Shown here: piece by piece, positions 39,645 through 48,980 of the stretch
Numbering within the stretch: position 1 is the stretch's first letter
How the letters are laid out: each line of letters begins with the position of its first letter
Assembly (NCBI GenBank): GCA_050012475.1
Contig: JBEKHC010000007.1
Span: 1 to 64,000 of the forward strand
Direction: 5' to 3'
DNA length: 64,000 nt
Source of the DNA: Candidatus Velthaea sp.
GTDB taxonomy: Bacteria > Vulcanimicrobiota > Vulcanimicrobiia > Vulcanimicrobiales > Vulcanimicrobiaceae
Program-made: the position numbers and the translations under genes
Notes under the pieces: model-generated
Told to the model about the DNA's origin: nothing
Seen by the model: the letters and a program-made list of their open reading frames with translations, nothing else
Database searches by the model: none

Positions 39645-40932
39645 AGAGCGCGTTCAGCAGTCGCTGAGGGCTTGCGGCGGCGAACAGCCGGACGAACTCA
39701 TCGACCGCAATCCGGGCAAAGTCGCGCGTATCGAGATTGACGTCGAGTTCGACGACGGCGCCGCCGTTGTCGATTTTTTCTTTGAGACGGTGCGCGAATG
39801 CGGCGTCCGCCGCCGGATCGAACATCGGCCGGCCTTCCCGGTTGAGCGACGACCAGCCCTTGCGCGGGATCAAGAAGGTGAACGGCCCTTTGGCTTGGTT
39901 GAGGCGCTGGGCGATCGTATCGGCGGCGAAGGTCAATTCGTCGGCGCTCGCGCGCACCTGCACGCGCAGCGCGTTCTGTTCGACGCGGTTCTTGCGCGCG
40001 GACCCGGTGCGGTTGTCGCGCGAACCGCCGTAGCTGAGGATGTCGAGCCCGCACGGCGCGAGCACGGCCGGTATCCCGCGGCAGACGGCGCCCGCCAACC
40101 GGCCCGGGCCGGGGTCGCGGTTCCCCATGAAGAGATGCTCGATGACGCCGCCGGTGCAGAGATCGAGCACGCCGGCAAAGGCGCCGTCGCGGATCATCTC
40201 TTCCATCGCCCGATCGCCTTTGCCGTCGGCCTCGAACACGACCGGGAGGAAGCCTTCCTCTTCGAGCATGCCGAGCGCGGCTTTCACCGCGACGGCGGCG
40301 CAGCCGGACGACGATACGGCGACAACCGGCTTGTCGAAAACGTAGTCGTTGCCGCGCGTCGTATCGACCATCCCGCAGATCGCGCCGACGGCGTTGGTAA
40401 GTTGTGTCTTGAGCAGCGGGTTCATCTTGCCGATGTCGAGCACGGTGTGGTGCAACGTGATGTCGCGCGTCCCGACGAACGCCGCGATCGCTGCCGGATC
40501 GGCCGCGAGCGGCGACGCCATCAGCTTGGGCAGACCGAACGGCAACGTCTTCATGATGCTCGTGGCGACGTGCGACGCGATGGCGCCGCCGATGCCCATG
40601 ATGCCGTGGACGCGGCCCGCGCGAAGCAGGTCGTGGACGATCGCCGCGGCGCCCGCGATCTGGTTTTCGATCGCTCGCGTCCGATCGGAACGGTAGAAGA
40701 CGCGGACTTTTTCGACCGGCACGCCGCCGCGCGCCGCGACCTGTTCGCAGGTGATGTCGCCGGCAAACGGCGGCGCCGCCTCCAGGCTGAAATCCAGCAG
40801 CAGCGGCACGTGTCCGCGGCGGCGGATGAGATCTTTGACTAGCCCGACATTCTCGCTTTGCGCATCGAGGCTGCAAGCGACGACGATGCCCTTCTTGGGC
40901 GTGTCGGTTCCCAATGTCCAGGCGGACCGCAT
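39643..40932 (-). CDS. Tm-1-like ATP-binding domain protein (UPF0261), divergent
   Basis: LPFGLPKLM.S, VGT.DIT, NAVGAI.GM, G.GDRAME, GVLDL, P.V..P.GLD, P.KGWS, FDP.AD. The N-terminal TLDTK motif is altered to SLDAQ. Start uncertain. Confidence 0.88.
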   Translation of the reverse strand: MRSAWTLGTDTPKKGIVVACSLDAQSENVGLVKDLIRRRGHVPLLLDFSLEAAPPFAGDITCEQVAARGGVPVEKVRVFYRSDRTRAIENQIAGAAAIVHDLLRAGRVHGIMGIGGAIASHVATSIMKTLPFGLPKLMASPLAADPAAIAAFVGTRDITLHHTVLDIGKMNPLLKTQLTNAVGAICGMVDTTRGNDYVFDKPVVAVSSSGCAAVAVKAALGMLEEEGFLPVVFEADGKGDRAMEEMIRDGAFAGVLDLCTGGVIEHLFMGNRDPGPGRLAGAVCRGIPAVLAPCGLDILSYGGSRDNRTGSARKNRVEQNALRVQVRASADELTFAADTIAQRLNQAKGPFTFLIPRKGWSSLNREGRPMFDPAADAAFAHRLKEKIDNGGAVVELDVNLDTRDFARIAVDEFVRLFAAASPQRLLNAL

Positions 40933-41493
40933 GCGCATCTACGTCCGAACCGCGGCTCGGGCCGCGAGCTCGCTGCCTTTCCGATCCGCGCAGTTGATCG
41001 CGCCGATCTCGCGATCGTGTGGAGCGAACGACTGCCGATTCGTCATCAGGTATACGGCCTTTGCAATGTCGACGGTACGCTTGAGGGGGAAACACGCATC
41101 CGCAAAGCGCACGTTCTGCGCTCGACCGACGGTTGAAAGATGAAACCGTCGTTTAATTCTTGTGAAAGAACTTTACTTCAAAAATACGTAGTAGCGCAAG
41201 ATGTAACGCAAACTATTTTCATGTTACCCAGTAAGACAAAAGTTAGTCTTCCGACAATTAACACACGAAGTGCGGGCCGGAGCCTGCAATTCGGCATTAC
41301 ACCTACCGTAACCGCAGAATTCCTCGAGTCTAAATGCGACGTAAGTGGTAACTTTCGTTAGCGGCCATCGAAGACATTTGTCATGTCGGTCGACCGGGTT
41401 GGAGCTGCCGTTCCGCTGCGGGGCGGCGTTTTGGTGTGCGCTGTTGTGCGCCCAGTGGTGTCGTGCCGGCGACGGTCGCGAAACGAAAGCACG

Positions 41494-41910
41494 ATGAAAC
41501 GTTCGACGTCGACAACGGCCGGATTGCCGCGATGCATTTCCGTTCAAACCGCCGGATCGACGTGGCGGGTGCACGCTGAAGCGATGTGCTTCGGCGACGT
41601 TCTTGTCGCGATTTGGGGCGGCGAAAAACTACACATCGGGGCAGTTGCTGCTGCGTCGTGGCCAGTTGAACCGACCCGCGACGTCGAGTGCGACGTCGTC
41701 GGTACTGACGTCTATCGGGCACAAAGAGGACGTCGTGGTAAAGCCGGTAGCGGAAGCGCTGTGCGCCGGCTCGGCACCAATGTCGTCGTTACCTCCGGCC
41801 TCCATTGGGATGACCTCCCAGAACGCGGAATCGCCGCCATTCGCGCGAGCTGCACGGAACTCGTCGACTTGGTCGCGCTCGCGCTAACCAGAGACCCGCC
41901 AGCAGGCTAG
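41494..41910 (+). pseudogene. LpdD-like (prenylated flavin chaperone family) gene with two compensating frameshifts
   Basis: VLVAIWGGEKLHIGAVA, then shifted frame SATSSVLTSIGHKEDVVVKPVAEALC, then back to RLGTNVVVTSGLHWDDL. Confidence 0.7.
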
Positions 41911-42249
41911 TTTACCGCCACACGTCCCACCAGACGCCGACCGGATGACCCAGGCAGCGAGCGAATGGCGTGCCGGGAGCCGACGTTTCCATCGGGTAGC
42001 AAAGTAGGCCACTGCGACAGCGAGGAAGTCGTGCCGGAAGTCAACGTCCCACTGGGGGAGTAACGGATGACCGCGGTAGCGAGCGAGCCATGCGCAAAGT
42101 CGCCGACCTTAAATCGGGCAGCAAGCCGATGACCGAGACGTACCGGACTAATGGTGCCGCAAACCGACCTTCCAGCGGGCAGCAAATCAACCATCGTGGC
42201 CATCAACCGATCGGCCGAAGACGGCCTCAATCGGCGATGAAGGTCCGCC

Positions 42250-42286
42250 TTGACATTTGTTAACTCGGGCTTGTAGGCTTGAAGCC
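42250..42286 (+). promoter_or_regulatory. sigma70-type promoter, apparently leaderless, with a dyad over the -35
   Basis: TTGACA (42250-42255), 18 nt, TAGGCT (42274-42279), 7 nt, GTG 42287. TTGACA-TT-TGTTAA is an imperfect inverted repeat. Confidence 0.7.
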
Positions 42287-43711
42287 GTGGAGAATTTTTC
42301 AGCCGAGCTGTGCGCGGCAATGAGCGAGGCCGGCGTTTCCGCCGCCGAGCTTGCGCAGCGCTCGGGATTGACCGAGGGCGCGATCTCCTACCTCCGGTCG
42401 GGCCGGCGCGAGCCCTCATTCCGCTCGATCCAGGCGCTCAATGCGGCGCTGCCCGAACTTGCGGCGCGCTTCGATACGGAACGGAGAAAAATGGACTCGA
42501 TCGAGTCGGCCATCGCCGACATCAAAGCCGGCAAGATGGTGGTCGTGCTCGACGATGAGGAGCGGGAGAACGAAGGCGACCTGGTGATGGCCGCCGAGCG
42601 CGTCACGAGCGAAGCGATCAACTTCATGCGCAAGGAAGCGGGCGGCCTGATCTGCGTCGCCTTGACGGGCGAGCGCCTCGACCGCCTGCAGATTCCGCCG
42701 ATGGTGAACGACAACACCACGCCTTTGGGCACGGCGTTTACCGTCTCGGTCGAAGCGCGCGGCCGGGTCACCACCGGCATCTCGGCCCAAGACCGCTCGA
42801 ACACGATTCTGGCCCTGATCGATCCGGCGGCGACGCCGGCCGACTTTCTCCGCCCAGGCCACACGTTTCCGCTGCGCTCGCGCGACGGCGGCGTGCTCGT
42901 CCGGGCCGGACAAACGGAAGCATCGGTCGACCTCGCGCGGCTGGCCGGCCTCAAGCCCGCGGGCGTCATCTGCGAAATCATGGATGATGACGGCTCGATG
43001 ATGCGCTTGCCGCATTTGCGCGAATACGCGAAGAAACACGATTTGCGGCTGGTCACCGTCAAAGATCTCATCGCGTACCGGATGCGTCACGAGAAGCTCG
43101 TGCAGCGGATCGCCGAGTTCAATTTGCCGACGCCCTTCGGCTTGTTTCGCGGCTTTGCGTACGAATCGAAAGTCGACGACGTCGCGCACGTTGCGCTGGT
43201 CATGGGTCACATCGGCGACGGCAAAGACACGCTGGTGCGCGTCCATTCGGAATGCCTGACCGGCGACGCACTGCATTCGATTCGCTGCGACTGCGGCGCG
43301 CAGCGCGATGCAGCGATGGAAGCGATCGCGCGCGAAGGCCGCGGCGTCTTTCTCTACCTGCACCAGGAAGGCCGCGGCATCGGCCTCGCCAACAAGCTGC
43401 GCGCCTACGCGCTCCAAGATGCCGGCGCCGATACGGTCGAAGCGAACGTTGCCCTGGGGCTGCCGGCCGACAAACGCGATTACGGCATCGGTTCGCAGAT
43501 TCTCGTCGATCTGGGTGTCCGCGAGATGCGCCTGCTCACCAACAACCCCACGAAGATCGCCGGACTCGAAGGTTTCGGGCTGACGCTGGCCGGACGGGTG
43601 CCGATTCAGACCAACCCCACCGTGCACAACTCGCACTATCTCGACACCAAGCGCGACAAGATGGGCCACTTGTTTGCCGGCGCGCCGGCGACCGTGCCGG
43701 TCGTGCCGTGA
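42287..43711 (+). CDS. ribBA: XRE-family HTH fused in frame to bifunctional DHBP synthase/GTP cyclohydrolase II
   Basis: N-terminal GVSAAELAQRSGLTEGAISYLRSGRREPSFRSIQAL. Then DDEERENEGDL, FTVS, TTGISA.DR, RPGH.FPL, RVHSECLTGD..SIRCDCG, QEGRGIGL.NK. Internal GGAG plus ATG at 42491. Confidence 0.95.
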   Translation: MENFSAELCAAMSEAGVSAAELAQRSGLTEGAISYLRSGRREPSFRSIQALNAALPELAARFDTERRKMDSIESAIADIKAGKMVVVLDDEERENEGDLVMAAERVTSEAINFMRKEAGGLICVALTGERLDRLQIPPMVNDNTTPLGTAFTVSVEARGRVTTGISAQDRSNTILALIDPAATPADFLRPGHTFPLRSRDGGVLVRAGQTEASVDLARLAGLKPAGVICEIMDDDGSMMRLPHLREYAKKHDLRLVTVKDLIAYRMRHEKLVQRIAEFNLPTPFGLFRGFAYESKVDDVAHVALVMGHIGDGKDTLVRVHSECLTGDALHSIRCDCGAQRDAAMEAIAREGRGVFLYLHQEGRGIGLANKLRAYALQDAGADTVEANVALGLPADKRDYGIGSQILVDLGVREMRLLTNNPTKIAGLEGFGLTLAGRVPIQTNPTVHNSHYLDTKRDKMGHLFAGAPATVPVVP

Positions 43712-44205
43712 AGAAGACCGCCGCGGCAACCTCCTATCCCGACGCCAAAGGCAAACGTTTCGCGATCGTTTCGGCCCGGTTTTACGGCGATCTCGCCGAC
43801 TGGCTCGAAGACGGGGCGCGCCGCGGACTGCGCGACTGCGGGGTGAGCGAAAGCGACATCGACTTCGTTGCCGTGCCGGGCTGCTTCGAGATTCCGCTCG
43901 TTGCGCGGAACCTCATCGTCGGCGGCGAGTACGACGGGATCGTCGCGCTGGGCGTCGTCATTCGCGGCGACACGCCGCACTTCGACTATGTCGCGGGTGA
44001 ATGCGCGCGCGGGATCATGAACGTGCAGCTTACCACCGGCGTGCCGATCGGCTTCGGCATTCTGACGACCGAAAATCTCGCGCAAGCTGAGGAGCGTGCC
44101 GATCCGCAGCGGCTCGATAAAGGGCACGAAGCGGCGGTTGCGGCGGCCAGCGTCGCCGTCATCGAACCGTCCAAGCGCGACAAGCAGCGCGTCGGATTCC
44201 GCTAA
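43708..44205 (+). CDS. ribH: 6,7-dimethyl-8-ribityllumazine synthase
   Basis: GTGA overlap. AIV.ARF, VPG.FEIP, LG.VIRG.TPHFDYV, P..FG.LT..QA.ERA, KG.EAA. Confidence 0.96.
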   Translation: MKKTAAATSYPDAKGKRFAIVSARFYGDLADWLEDGARRGLRDCGVSESDIDFVAVPGCFEIPLVARNLIVGGEYDGIVALGVVIRGDTPHFDYVAGECARGIMNVQLTTGVPIGFGILTTENLAQAEERADPQRLDKGHEAAVAAASVAVIEPSKRDKQRVGFR

Positions 44206-44257
44206 ACCGGGCCGTCAATCTTGCGCTGAGAAATGCCCAGCGTTGCGGGCGTAGCAC

Positions 44258-45280
44258 ATGCCGCCAGCGAACGCTCCAGGCGTGGAATCGGTATGGTTCG
44301 ACGGCGGAGCCGTTGGTTTTGTCGATCAGCGTGCGCTCCCGCAGGCAGTCGAGCGAAAGCAAGCGACCAGCGTCGATGAGGTGGTCGATGCCATCGCAAC
44401 GTTAGCGGTTCGCGGCGCTCCGGCGATCGGTATTTTCGGCGCGTACGGAATCGCGCTCGCCGCCAGCCTGCACGGCGGGCAGCACTTCGACGTCGCCGCC
44501 CAACGCATTCGCAACGCACGGCCGACGGCGGTCAATCTCGCTTGGGCCGTCGATCGCGTGCTGGCGCGCGAAGACGGCGAGTATCTCGCCGAAGCGCGCG
44601 CTATCCACGACGAGCAGCGCGAGATCGATCGCCGTATCGGCCGAGCCGCCGTCGACCTCTTCCCGGCGGCGGGAAACGTGCTCACCCATTGCAACACCGG
44701 GCCGCTCGCAACCGGCGGCGACGGGACGGCGCTGGGCTGTTTCATCGCGGCATTCCGCAGCGGGAAAGCACTGCATGTTTACGCCGACGAAACCCGGCCG
44801 CTATTGCAGGGCGCGCGCCTGACGATGTTCGAGTTGCACGAAGCGGGCGTGCCGTGCACGCTCATCGCCGATTCGGCGGCGGCGATCACCATGCAGCGCA
44901 AAGCGATCGTCGCGGTCGTCGTCGGCGCCGATCGCATTGCCGCCAACGGCGATGCGGCAAATAAGATCGGCACCTACGGCGTCGCCATCGCCGCCGCGCA
45001 TCACGGCATTCCGTTCTACGTCGCCGCGCCGCGTTCGACGATCGATTTCTCGCTGGCCGACGGCAGCGGCATCCCGATCGAGGAGCGCTCGCCCGACGAG
45101 ATCCGGATCGCTCCGGGCGACGATGTCTACAATCCGGCGTTCGACGTCACGCCCGCTTCGCTCATCGCCGGGATCGTCACGGAATACGGCGTGATTCGGG
45201 CGCCGTACGCGCAAACGATACCGGAATTACGGCAACGGCCTGCGGTCGCCGCGGACCATGCCGAACACGTTCGGTCCTGA
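44258..45280 (+). CDS. mtnA: S-methyl-5-thioribose-1-phosphate isomerase
   Basis: DQR.LP, VRGAPAIG, RPTAVNL, LTHCNTG.LAT, ETRP.LQGARLT, GADRIA.NGD.ANKIGTY, NPAFDVTP. Confidence 0.96.
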   Translation: MPPANAPGVESVWFDGGAVGFVDQRALPQAVERKQATSVDEVVDAIATLAVRGAPAIGIFGAYGIALAASLHGGQHFDVAAQRIRNARPTAVNLAWAVDRVLAREDGEYLAEARAIHDEQREIDRRIGRAAVDLFPAAGNVLTHCNTGPLATGGDGTALGCFIAAFRSGKALHVYADETRPLLQGARLTMFELHEAGVPCTLIADSAAAITMQRKAIVAVVVGADRIAANGDAANKIGTYGVAIAAAHHGIPFYVAAPRSTIDFSLADGSGIPIEERSPDEIRIAPGDDVYNPAFDVTPASLIAGIVTEYGVIRAPYAQTIPELRQRPAVAADHAEHVRS

Positions 45281-45292
45281 GCGCGGCACGAC

Positions 45293-46294
45293 ATCAAGTA
45301 TTTCGATTTCGTCGACAAGGAACCGAAGCTCGACGGGCTGATCGTCGTCGAGGGAACCGACGTGCTGCTCGCGCAGCGGGCCATCGATACGGTCGTCGAG
45401 CGCGCCTTGCCCGCCGATATGCGCGCGCTCAACCTCGACGTGATCGCCGGCCCCGAAACCGACCACGTTGGGCGCGCGGTCGCCGACGCATCGACCGCGA
45501 TGCCGTTTCTCGCCGAACGGCGAGTGATCGTCGTGCGCAATTGCCAGCAACTGCGCGCGCAGCCGCGGCGCGACGTGTGGGCCGCGGCGCAAGCGCTGCC
45601 GGCCGGCAACACGCTGGTGCTCGAAGACCTTTTCCCGCCCAATAAGAAGACGAAGCCCGAGCCGTTCGGCGTGCTGGCCGGGCGCAAAGCGCTGCGCATC
45701 GATACGACCCTGAGCGCCGACGCGCGCGAGCGCTTCGTGCACGAAACCCTGGCGCGGTTGGGCGCGCGGGCCGAAGCGCGCGCCGTCGCGGAGCTCGCCG
45801 CCAGCGCCGCCGACCTCGGCTCGATCCAAAACGATCTCGAGAAGCTGGCCCTCTCCGGCAAGCCGATCACGCTCGCAATGCTCCAGAGCGAGAGCCTCAC
45901 GATCGAAGATCCAAAAGCCTGGCAGTACGCGCAATCCTTGGTCGAGGGGCGAGCTCAAGAAGCCCTCGCCATCGCCTACGAACTGTTCGCGACCGATCCG
46001 CGCGGCGCGGCGGTCCCCCTCGCGAGCGCGCTCGCCGGCGAGATGAACTTGCTGTGGGAACTCGCGCGACCGGGCGGCGGCGACGCGGTCGAGCCGCGCC
46101 ATCGCTGGCGTGCCGGCAAGCTGCAGGGTCTGGCACGCCGGATCGGGGCCGCGCGCGCCCGGCGCGGCTACGAAGCGGCCGTGCGCGGATTCGAAGCCGT
46201 CGTGACCGGGCGCATCGACGACGGCCGGGCGATGATCGAACTCCTCACCGCCGATATCGCTGCCAACGTAACTGCTGTCCGCACTCCCGCCTGA
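45293..46294 (+). CDS. holA: DNA polymerase III delta subunit; start uncertain (ATC 45293 versus GTG 45362)
   Basis: LIVVEGTD.LL, LN..V, MPFLAERRVIVV, DL..I.NDLEKL.L and a C-terminal helical collar. Confidence 0.82.
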   Translation: MKYFDFVDKEPKLDGLIVVEGTDVLLAQRAIDTVVERALPADMRALNLDVIAGPETDHVGRAVADASTAMPFLAERRVIVVRNCQQLRAQPRRDVWAAAQALPAGNTLVLEDLFPPNKKTKPEPFGVLAGRKALRIDTTLSADARERFVHETLARLGARAEARAVAELAASAADLGSIQNDLEKLALSGKPITLAMLQSESLTIEDPKAWQYAQSLVEGRAQEALAIAYELFATDPRGAAVPLASALAGEMNLLWELARPGGGDAVEPRHRWRAGKLQGLARRIGAARARRGYEAAVRGFEAVVTGRIDDGRAMIELLTADIAANVTAVRTPA

Positions 46295-46360
46295 GTGCCC
46301 AGCGCGTCGCGCGATCATCGAGGCGCGGCGCGAACGCAACGCGAAGAGCGGCCACGACGC

Positions 46361-47764
46361 ATGAACGAGACAACGTACGCCTCGCCGTTTTCATGGCGCT
46401 ACGCGCGCATGGAACTCCGCGAGCTTTTTTCCGAGCGCGAACGGCGCAAGCTCTGGCGCGCGGTGTGGATCGCGCTGGCCGAGTCGCAGCTGCGCAGCGG
46501 TCTCGTATCGCAAGCCGAACTCGACGATCTGCGCGCGCACGCCGGCGACATCGATCTCGCGGCGGCGCTCGCCATCGAGCAGGAGATCGGCCACGATCTG
46601 ATGGCCGAGATTCGCGTTTTCGCGAAGCAGGCCACCGTCGGCGGCGGCAAGATCCATCTCGGCGCCACGTCGATGGATATCGAAGATACGGTCGAGATCT
46701 ATCGCATGCGCCTCGCGCTTCATCAAATCGTGGGTTCGATCGATGCGTTGCTCGTCGCGTTTGCGGCCCAGATCGACGCGCATGCCGACACGGTGTGCAT
46801 GGGCTACACCCATCTCCAACCGGCCGAACCGACGACGATCGGTTACCGGCTGGCCGTCTACGCGCAAGACGTGCTCATCGATCGTGCGGCGCTGCTCTTC
46901 AGCCTCGAACAACTGACCGCCAAAGGCATTCGCGGCGCGGTCGGCACGTCGGCCTCGTATTCCCGGCTGCTCGCGGGCACCGGACGTTCTGCGGCAGATC
47001 AGGAAAACGATGTGCTCGGCGCGTTCGGTTTGAGCGCGCGCGATGTCGCAACGCAAACGTACCCGCGCAAACTCGATTTTCTCTTGCTCTCGCAGCTCGC
47101 GGGCCTGGGTGCGTCGCTGTCCAAATTCGCCGCCGACGTGCGGATCCTGGGTTCAGCGGGTTTCGGCGAAGTCTTCGAGCCTTTCGGCGCCAAGCAGGTC
47201 GGCAGTTCGGCGATGCCGTTCAAGCGCAATCCGGTCATGTCGGAGCGCATCGACTCGCTTGCGCGGCTGCTGCCCGGGTATGCCGACGTCGCCTGGCAGA
47301 ACGCGGCGACGAACTACTTGGAACGGACGCTCGACGACAGCGCGAACCGCCGCACGATCTTGCCCGAAGCCTTGCTGTGCAGCGACGAACTGTTATCGCT
47401 CGCGCGCAAGATCGTGACCGGCTTGCGCGTCGACGAACGCCGGATCGCCGAGAATCTGCGCACCTACGGACCGTTCGCGGGGACCGAAGCGGTCCTCATG
47501 GAAGCGGCGAAGGCCGGTGCGGATCGTCAGGAAATGCACGAAGCCATTCGCGAGAGCGCGATGACGGCGTACGCCGCGCTCGCGCGCGGCGAAAGCAATC
47601 CGCTCGCCCGGCTGATCGCCGACGACGAGCGCATCGCTCGTTACGTCGACCCGGCCGAGATCCGGGTGCAACTCGATCCCACCGGGCACACCGGCGATGC
47701 CGCGCAGCGCGCGCGCCGGCTGGCTGCCCGCATCCGCGAAACGCTGGAGATTACCGGTGAATAA
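46361..47764 (+). CDS. purB: adenylosuccinate lyase
   Basis: Y.SP.SWRY, HDLMA, IHLGATS.D, GYTH.QPA, G.RGAVGT.AS, QVGSSAMPFKRNP..SE, LERTLDDSA.RR. Confidence 0.96.
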   Translation: MNETTYASPFSWRYARMELRELFSERERRKLWRAVWIALAESQLRSGLVSQAELDDLRAHAGDIDLAAALAIEQEIGHDLMAEIRVFAKQATVGGGKIHLGATSMDIEDTVEIYRMRLALHQIVGSIDALLVAFAAQIDAHADTVCMGYTHLQPAEPTTIGYRLAVYAQDVLIDRAALLFSLEQLTAKGIRGAVGTSASYSRLLAGTGRSAADQENDVLGAFGLSARDVATQTYPRKLDFLLLSQLAGLGASLSKFAADVRILGSAGFGEVFEPFGAKQVGSSAMPFKRNPVMSERIDSLARLLPGYADVAWQNAATNYLERTLDDSANRRTILPEALLCSDELLSLARKIVTGLRVDERRIAENLRTYGPFAGTEAVLMEAAKAGADRQEMHEAIRESAMTAYAALARGESNPLARLIADDERIARYVDPAEIRVQLDPTGHTGDAAQRARRLAARIRETLEITGE

Positions 47765-48980
47765 GGGCCATGAAATAACGCGCGGCAAGACCAAGGTTTT
47801 GCACGAATACCCCGGTCAGCCCGACGTGCTCGTCGTGTCGCAGCTCGACGCGATCAGCGCGCGCGACGGCGAACGGCGCGACACGATCGAAGGCAAGGGC
47901 CGGATCGCGGCCAAAACGACGGCGCGCGTCTTCCGGCTGCTCAATCTGTGCGGCCTGCCGACGCATTATCTGAGCGGCGGCGAAGACGACGACGACAACG
48001 AGATGCTCGTGCGGCGCGCGCAGATGATCCCGCTCGAAGTCGTCGTGCGCGGCGTCGCCGCCGGCTCGCTGGTCAAACGAAAACCGGGCATCGCCCGCGG
48101 CGCCTTGCTCGTGCCGCGCCTGATCGAGTTTTTCATCAAGGACGACGCCAACCACGATCCGCTCATCGAAGCCGACGAGATCGTCGGCCGCGGGCTGGCG
48201 TCGCCGCAAGAACTCGGCACGATGAGCGAACTCGCGCGCATGACGTACGAAATTCTCGCGCATGCGTGGCGCCGGCGCGATACGCTGCTGGTCGACCTCA
48301 AGATCGAATTCGGCCGCATCGCCAGCGGCGAAGGCAAAGGCTCGCTGGTCATCGCCGACGTCATCGACAACGATTCATGGCGCGTCTGGCCGCAGGGGCG
48401 CGAAGAGCTGATGCTCGACAAACAGATTTACCGCAATCTCGAAACCGTGACGCCGGCCGATCTGGAGTTGCTGCACGACAATTACGAACGCGTCGCCGAG
48501 ATCGTCGGGACGTTTCCCCAAATGCGCCCGGGGATGATCGCGATCCTCATCGACGGCCCGCCGTTTGCCGAACTGGGCAACAACGTCGCACGCGCCGTCG
48601 GCCAATTCGGTTTGGCCTCGGTTCGGCACATCGTATCGGTCGAACGCACGCCGGGATACGTGCTCCAACTCGTCGCGCAGCTCGACGCGACCTTTCCCAA
48701 GATGGTGCTGATCGCGGTGGGGGCAACCAGCAGCACGCTGGCGGGGATGCTCGACAACGTGAGCGCGAATCCCGTGCTGCGGGTTGACGCGGCAGCGCTC
48801 GATCTGGACGGCGTCGCGTTCAGTTGCGCGAAGGCGCTGGGGCTCGAGGACACCGTCGTCTATGGGCGCGTCATGCTCATGCAGGCCAACGTGCGGTCGT
48901 CGGTGATGCAGGCCGACGCGCAGCTTCAAGCCCAGCAGCAAGCGCAGCAGACACCGGCACCGGGCGCCACTCTTGCTTGA
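47757..48980 (+). CDS. purC: SAICAR synthetase fused to a degenerate PurE-like domain (PAICS-like architecture)
   Basis: GKTK, MIPLE.V.R..A.GS, E.F.KDDANHDP, LVD.KIEFG, ADVIDNDSWR.WP and DKQ.YR. The C-terminal PurE-like fold has SVERTP. Confidence 0.9.
   Translation: MNKGHEITRGKTKVLHEYPGQPDVLVVSQLDAISARDGERRDTIEGKGRIAAKTTARVFRLLNLCGLPTHYLSGGEDDDDNEMLVRRAQMIPLEVVVRGVAAGSLVKRKPGIARGALLVPRLIEFFIKDDANHDPLIEADEIVGRGLASPQELGTMSELARMTYEILAHAWRRRDTLLVDLKIEFGRIASGEGKGSLVIADVIDNDSWRVWPQGREELMLDKQIYRNLETVTPADLELLHDNYERVAEIVGTFPQMRPGMIAILIDGPPFAELGNNVARAVGQFGLASVRHIVSVERTPGYVLQLVAQLDATFPKMVLIAVGATSSTLAGMLDNVSANPVLRVDAAALDLDGVAFSCAKALGLEDTVVYGRVMLMQANVRSSVMQADAQLQAQQQAQQTPAPGATLA

Noticed and set aside
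41911..42249. FMN riboswitch upstream of ribBA, or a delta-60-like ORF on the minus strand
   Set aside because: RFN core motifs are absent and the promoter lies immediately before the start. The minus-strand ORF has no credible start or convincing motif.
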